From NCBI GenBank assembly GCA_048939245.1, contig JBHLPR010000074.1, positions 1 through 10,475 on the forward strand: a stretch of 10,475 bases of DNA. The letters run 5' to 3'. This document shows positions 8,033 to 10,475 of this stretch, piece after piece (positions within the stretch are counted from its first letter, which is position 1; every line of letters begins with the position of its first letter). The DNA is from Promethearchaeota archaeon. GTDB taxonomy: Archaea; Asgardarchaeota; Hermodarchaeia; Hermodarchaeales; Hermodarchaeaceae. The position numbers and the translations under genes are program-made. The notes beneath the pieces were generated by a model, which did no database searches, was not told where the DNA came from, and worked only from the letters and a program-made list of their open reading frames with translations.

Positions 8033-10096
8033 TCAACTTAATAGGAGTTCTTTTCGAACTTTAGCAACTTCCTCTTGTCTTTCTGCTAACCAGATTTCTA
8101 CCTTTCTCTTTTTTCGTGAGACATTTATTGGGGCGAATAATGCCCACTTGATGGTATCAACTTTAGACTTGGTTTTCGCCACCCATTTTAGAGAAATCCT
8201 TTTTGTCTTTTCATATAGTGAGATATTTTCTGGGTATACAAGTATCTTAATACCCAGTTCTTCAGCCAAGGTAACTTCATCATCAAGTAGTTTACTTCTA
8301 CTTGTTTCTATTTTACCTATAATTTTCTGAGCGATTTCTGAATCAACTTCGTTCTTGATTTTTGAAATTGGCAAAATGATATGTTTTCTCCTTTCATCAA
8401 CTCTCGTAGCTTCGTGGTTTAAAATGAATTTTTCTTCATCTCCTGAGAGTTTTGGTTGTATATGGTATTTTGTATCTTGTATTCCAGGATTCAGTACAAC
8501 AGTTCGGCTCCATTTAAACCCAGCAAGAGGTTCAAATGATCCATCTTCGGCAATCAATTCCTCAAGATATGCGATTTTAGATTCAATAGATCCATTCCTG
8601 ATAGGTCCTACTAATCGTTCGTTTTGGATTGATTTATCCCCAGTAGTAAACCCCCAGAAGATGAATGCGTTACCTATTGGTTTAGGTATCCACATTTTGA
8701 AACTACTGTCACTCTTGTTCGATACCAACTTAAAGTCAATATCTCCAAAATGCCGAAATAGCGTCTGAACAATTTTTATTCTGTCAATATCAGCTTCGGT
8801 GTATTGTAATCGACCATCTTCAGCAAGCCAAGAATCGCTGTTTACAACTGCACCAAGCCTAGTAAGTAATATTTCCAATTCTACTCCATGTAGAAGCTTT
8901 GGACGCAAGATCCCACCATGCCCATTTTTTCCTGCGACCTTTTCGATCATATGCTCAAAATTCCGGGGTGAGACCCCCAAAATATCACACTGAAGACGGA
9001 AAACTTCTCCTACCAATCGTGTTGAATCAGATCTATAATTAACTCGACCAATTTGATTCGACGCTTCCCCTGATATCAATTGTACAACAAGGTTCTTGAA
9101 ATGTACAAATTTCTCATAGTCGCTACCAGCGAAATCTAATTTTGCCCCTACCATGAGTATTATTCGTGCGAAATCACATCTATTGAAATAGAGCTGCTGA
9201 TTTAACCAAGCATTGAGCATATCGATAGGGTTTAGATCGGGAGCCCAAAGATACAACCTTCTTTCTGAAATACAGATGTGCAAGCTATTCTCCGCTAGAT
9301 TAGTTTGTGCTTTTAGATCTCTCAGGATTTTTTCGCGATTCTTCTTAAGAAATTCTGTGAATAAATGTAGTGTCGAAGTATCTAGAGTTTCAAAGGTTGT
9401 ATAGCCAATCCTTGTTTTCCTCTCATACAACTTGTTGAGCATTTTTTGTAGAAGAGAAACAACATTATCTAGCGAGAAACCGATGTCACACCCAAAATGA
9501 CTATCTTCTAGCCTTATTACTTCGGTGAAATCTTGAGGGTAAGATTGTTGATTTGAGTCTCGATTATTTTCTACCTCGATTAACTCTTTTCGACACCACT
9601 CTTCGATTAGATACTGTTCCTCCAGTTTTCGAAGTCGAGAAATGAGCGAAGGTTCCTTACCAGCCAGATATTCGCTGACTCTTTGTTGAGAGATACAATG
9701 AATCTCAACTAATTCTTTCTGTGAATGCGATATGTCATCTCTTACTTCGAAATAGACCTTAGAATCTATGTGCCGTTTAATGAAGTGATTGTTCTCCTTT
9801 TCTGCTAGATATTTTTCGAGAAGACGAAGGACATCATTCAGGGATTTAATTCGAACCGTTGGAGGTCCACCATGCACTTCCCTATAAAGACGCGCAAGCT
9901 CTTTCTGCTCTAATTTCTTTACTAGGCTAGGCTGTCCCCTATCCGTTTGTCTATCAAAATATCTTAACGCTGCTTCATACTGGTTTTGGAAACTCTTTAG
10001 TATTCTAAGTTCTGGATATTGTTCCAGTAGGGCTTCGAAACTTTGTCGACTTTTAATAATCGAAGGATGATATCGAGGCATACACACATATGTCAT
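8033..10096 (-). CDS. 687-aa protein with an N-terminal HTH and a C-terminal two-motif LAGLIDADG (DOD-type) homing endonuclease domain
   Basis: Motif 1 LGAVVNSDS (aa ~414-422) and motif 2 AYLEELIAEDG (aa ~509-519), both with Asp at LAGLIDADG position 8. Between them lie QYTEADIDRIKIVQTLFRHFG and GFTTGDKS; later SKLLDDEVTLAEELGI resembles DOD block H. HTH-like segment SQKELVEIHCISQQRVSEYLAG. Recognised by eye only. Confidence 0.7.
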   Translation of the reverse strand: MTYVCMPRYHPSIIKSRQSFEALLEQYPELRILKSFQNQYEAALRYFDRQTDRGQPSLVKKLEQKELARLYREVHGGPPTVRIKSLNDVLRLLEKYLAEKENNHFIKRHIDSKVYFEVRDDISHSQKELVEIHCISQQRVSEYLAGKEPSLISRLRKLEEQYLIEEWCRKELIEVENNRDSNQQSYPQDFTEVIRLEDSHFGCDIGFSLDNVVSLLQKMLNKLYERKTRIGYTTFETLDTSTLHLFTEFLKKNREKILRDLKAQTNLAENSLHICISERRLYLWAPDLNPIDMLNAWLNQQLYFNRCDFARIILMVGAKLDFAGSDYEKFVHFKNLVVQLISGEASNQIGRVNYRSDSTRLVGEVFRLQCDILGVSPRNFEHMIEKVAGKNGHGGILRPKLLHGVELEILLTRLGAVVNSDSWLAEDGRLQYTEADIDRIKIVQTLFRHFGDIDFKLVSNKSDSSFKMWIPKPIGNAFIFWGFTTGDKSIQNERLVGPIRNGSIESKIAYLEELIAEDGSFEPLAGFKWSRTVVLNPGIQDTKYHIQPKLSGDEEKFILNHEATRVDERRKHIILPISKIKNEVDSEIAQKIIGKIETSRSKLLDDEVTLAEELGIKILVYPENISLYEKTKRISLKWVAKTKSKVDTIKWALFAPINVSRKKRKVEIWLAERQEEVAKVRKELLLS

Positions 10097-10130
10097 TATA
10101 GTACTAAGCTGATAAATTCATATAGATCAG

Positions 10131-10161
10131 AGACGGCGATCTACCGCTGATTTTCCGGCCC
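10131..10161 (-). pseudogene. Degenerate 5' half of tRNA-Ala (tRNA positions 1-32)
   Basis: GGGCCGGAAAATCAGCGGTAGATCGCCGTCT differs from the intact gene by U8>A and G10>A. Similarity stops in the anticodon loop. It lies 11 nt downstream of the rpl37e stop. Confidence 0.85.
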
Positions 10162-10175
10162 ATAAAAGGGGATTA
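10154..10175. repeat. 22-bp imperfect direct repeat, right copy (pairs with 5996-6017)
   Basis: On the minus strand it begins with the rpl37e TAA stop and overlaps the first 8 nt of the tRNA-Ala remnant. Confidence 0.7.
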
Positions 10176-10358
10176 GACGAGACGTGTCCGTGTATAGTCC
10201 TTTCGTGCCCAGCTGTATTTGCGAATGCGACTACTGACTCCATATCCGCAGGCGGCGCATCGTTTCTTCCTAATGTGATAGGATCGGCGTCCACAGCGTC
10301 GGCAACGAATATGCGTTTTCTTATTCTTCTTTCCAAAGGCGGGTGTTCCTTTTCCCAT
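10173..10358 (-). CDS. rpl37e: 50S ribosomal protein L37e
   Basis: [23 protein letters not shown]...YH...CAACGYG...R-x-YSW zinc finger. Confidence 0.97.
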   Translation of the reverse strand: MGKGTPAFGKKNKKTHIRCRRCGRRSYHIRKKRCAACGYGVSSRIRKYSWARKDYTRTRLV

Positions 10359-10364
10359 TATTGA

Positions 10365-10475
10365 TCACTTGCTCTTTTTCTCGGTTTTTTTACTGGGAGG
10401 TTTTCCTGAGGGTGATAGGAGGATGACGTTATCACCGCGAAGGATGACGGTTCCCAGTTCTTGGGGGGGTTGTTC
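10365..10475 (-). CDS. Sm-like (Lsm/SmAP) protein, 3' part only
   Basis: Not in the ORF track; hand translation gives EQPPQELGTVILRGDNVILLSPSGKPPSKKTEKKSK*. Contains the Sm2 motif RGDNV and shows the classic lsm-rpl37e linkage. Confidence 0.92.
   Translation of the reverse strand, partial: EQPPQELGTVILRGDNVILLSPSGKPPSKKTEKKSK

Noticed and set aside
8033-10096. Intein, integrase or transposase call for the 687-aa ORF
   Set aside because: No Hint blocks or C-terminal HN-C/S/T, no host extein, no R...HxxR...Y recombinase pattern, and no DDE pattern or terminal inverted repeats recognised.

Overview
Archaeal chromosomal window (TACK/Asgard-like from the protein families and tRNA features; lineage not determinable from the sequence alone). 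Positions 1-5989 on the minus strand hold the conserved translation cluster rnp4(Rpp21)-yhbY-rps19e-PDCD5-rpl39e-rpl31e-eif6-rplX(L18a)-pfdA-ftsY, followed by argF and a partial dtdA. The right end holds a partial Lsm gene and rpl37e. Between rpl37e and rnp4 lies a ~4.2 kb block with five CCA-encoding tRNA genes, three of which have BHB introns at non-canonical positions (22/23, 33/34, 59/60). The block also has two hypothetical genes, an AT-rich tract beside an ORB-like box, and a lower-GC 2.2 kb insert. That insert is the main finding: one 687-aa ORF with an N-terminal HTH and a two-motif LAGLIDADG (DOD) endonuclease domain, no integrase, flanked by a 33-bp direct repeat of the 5' half of tRNA-Ala(GGC). 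The repeat ends one base before that tRNA's intron. This suggests a minimal homing-endonuclease element that targets a tRNA 5' half and may carry its own immunising intron. A second 20/22-bp direct repeat brackets the whole tRNA block.
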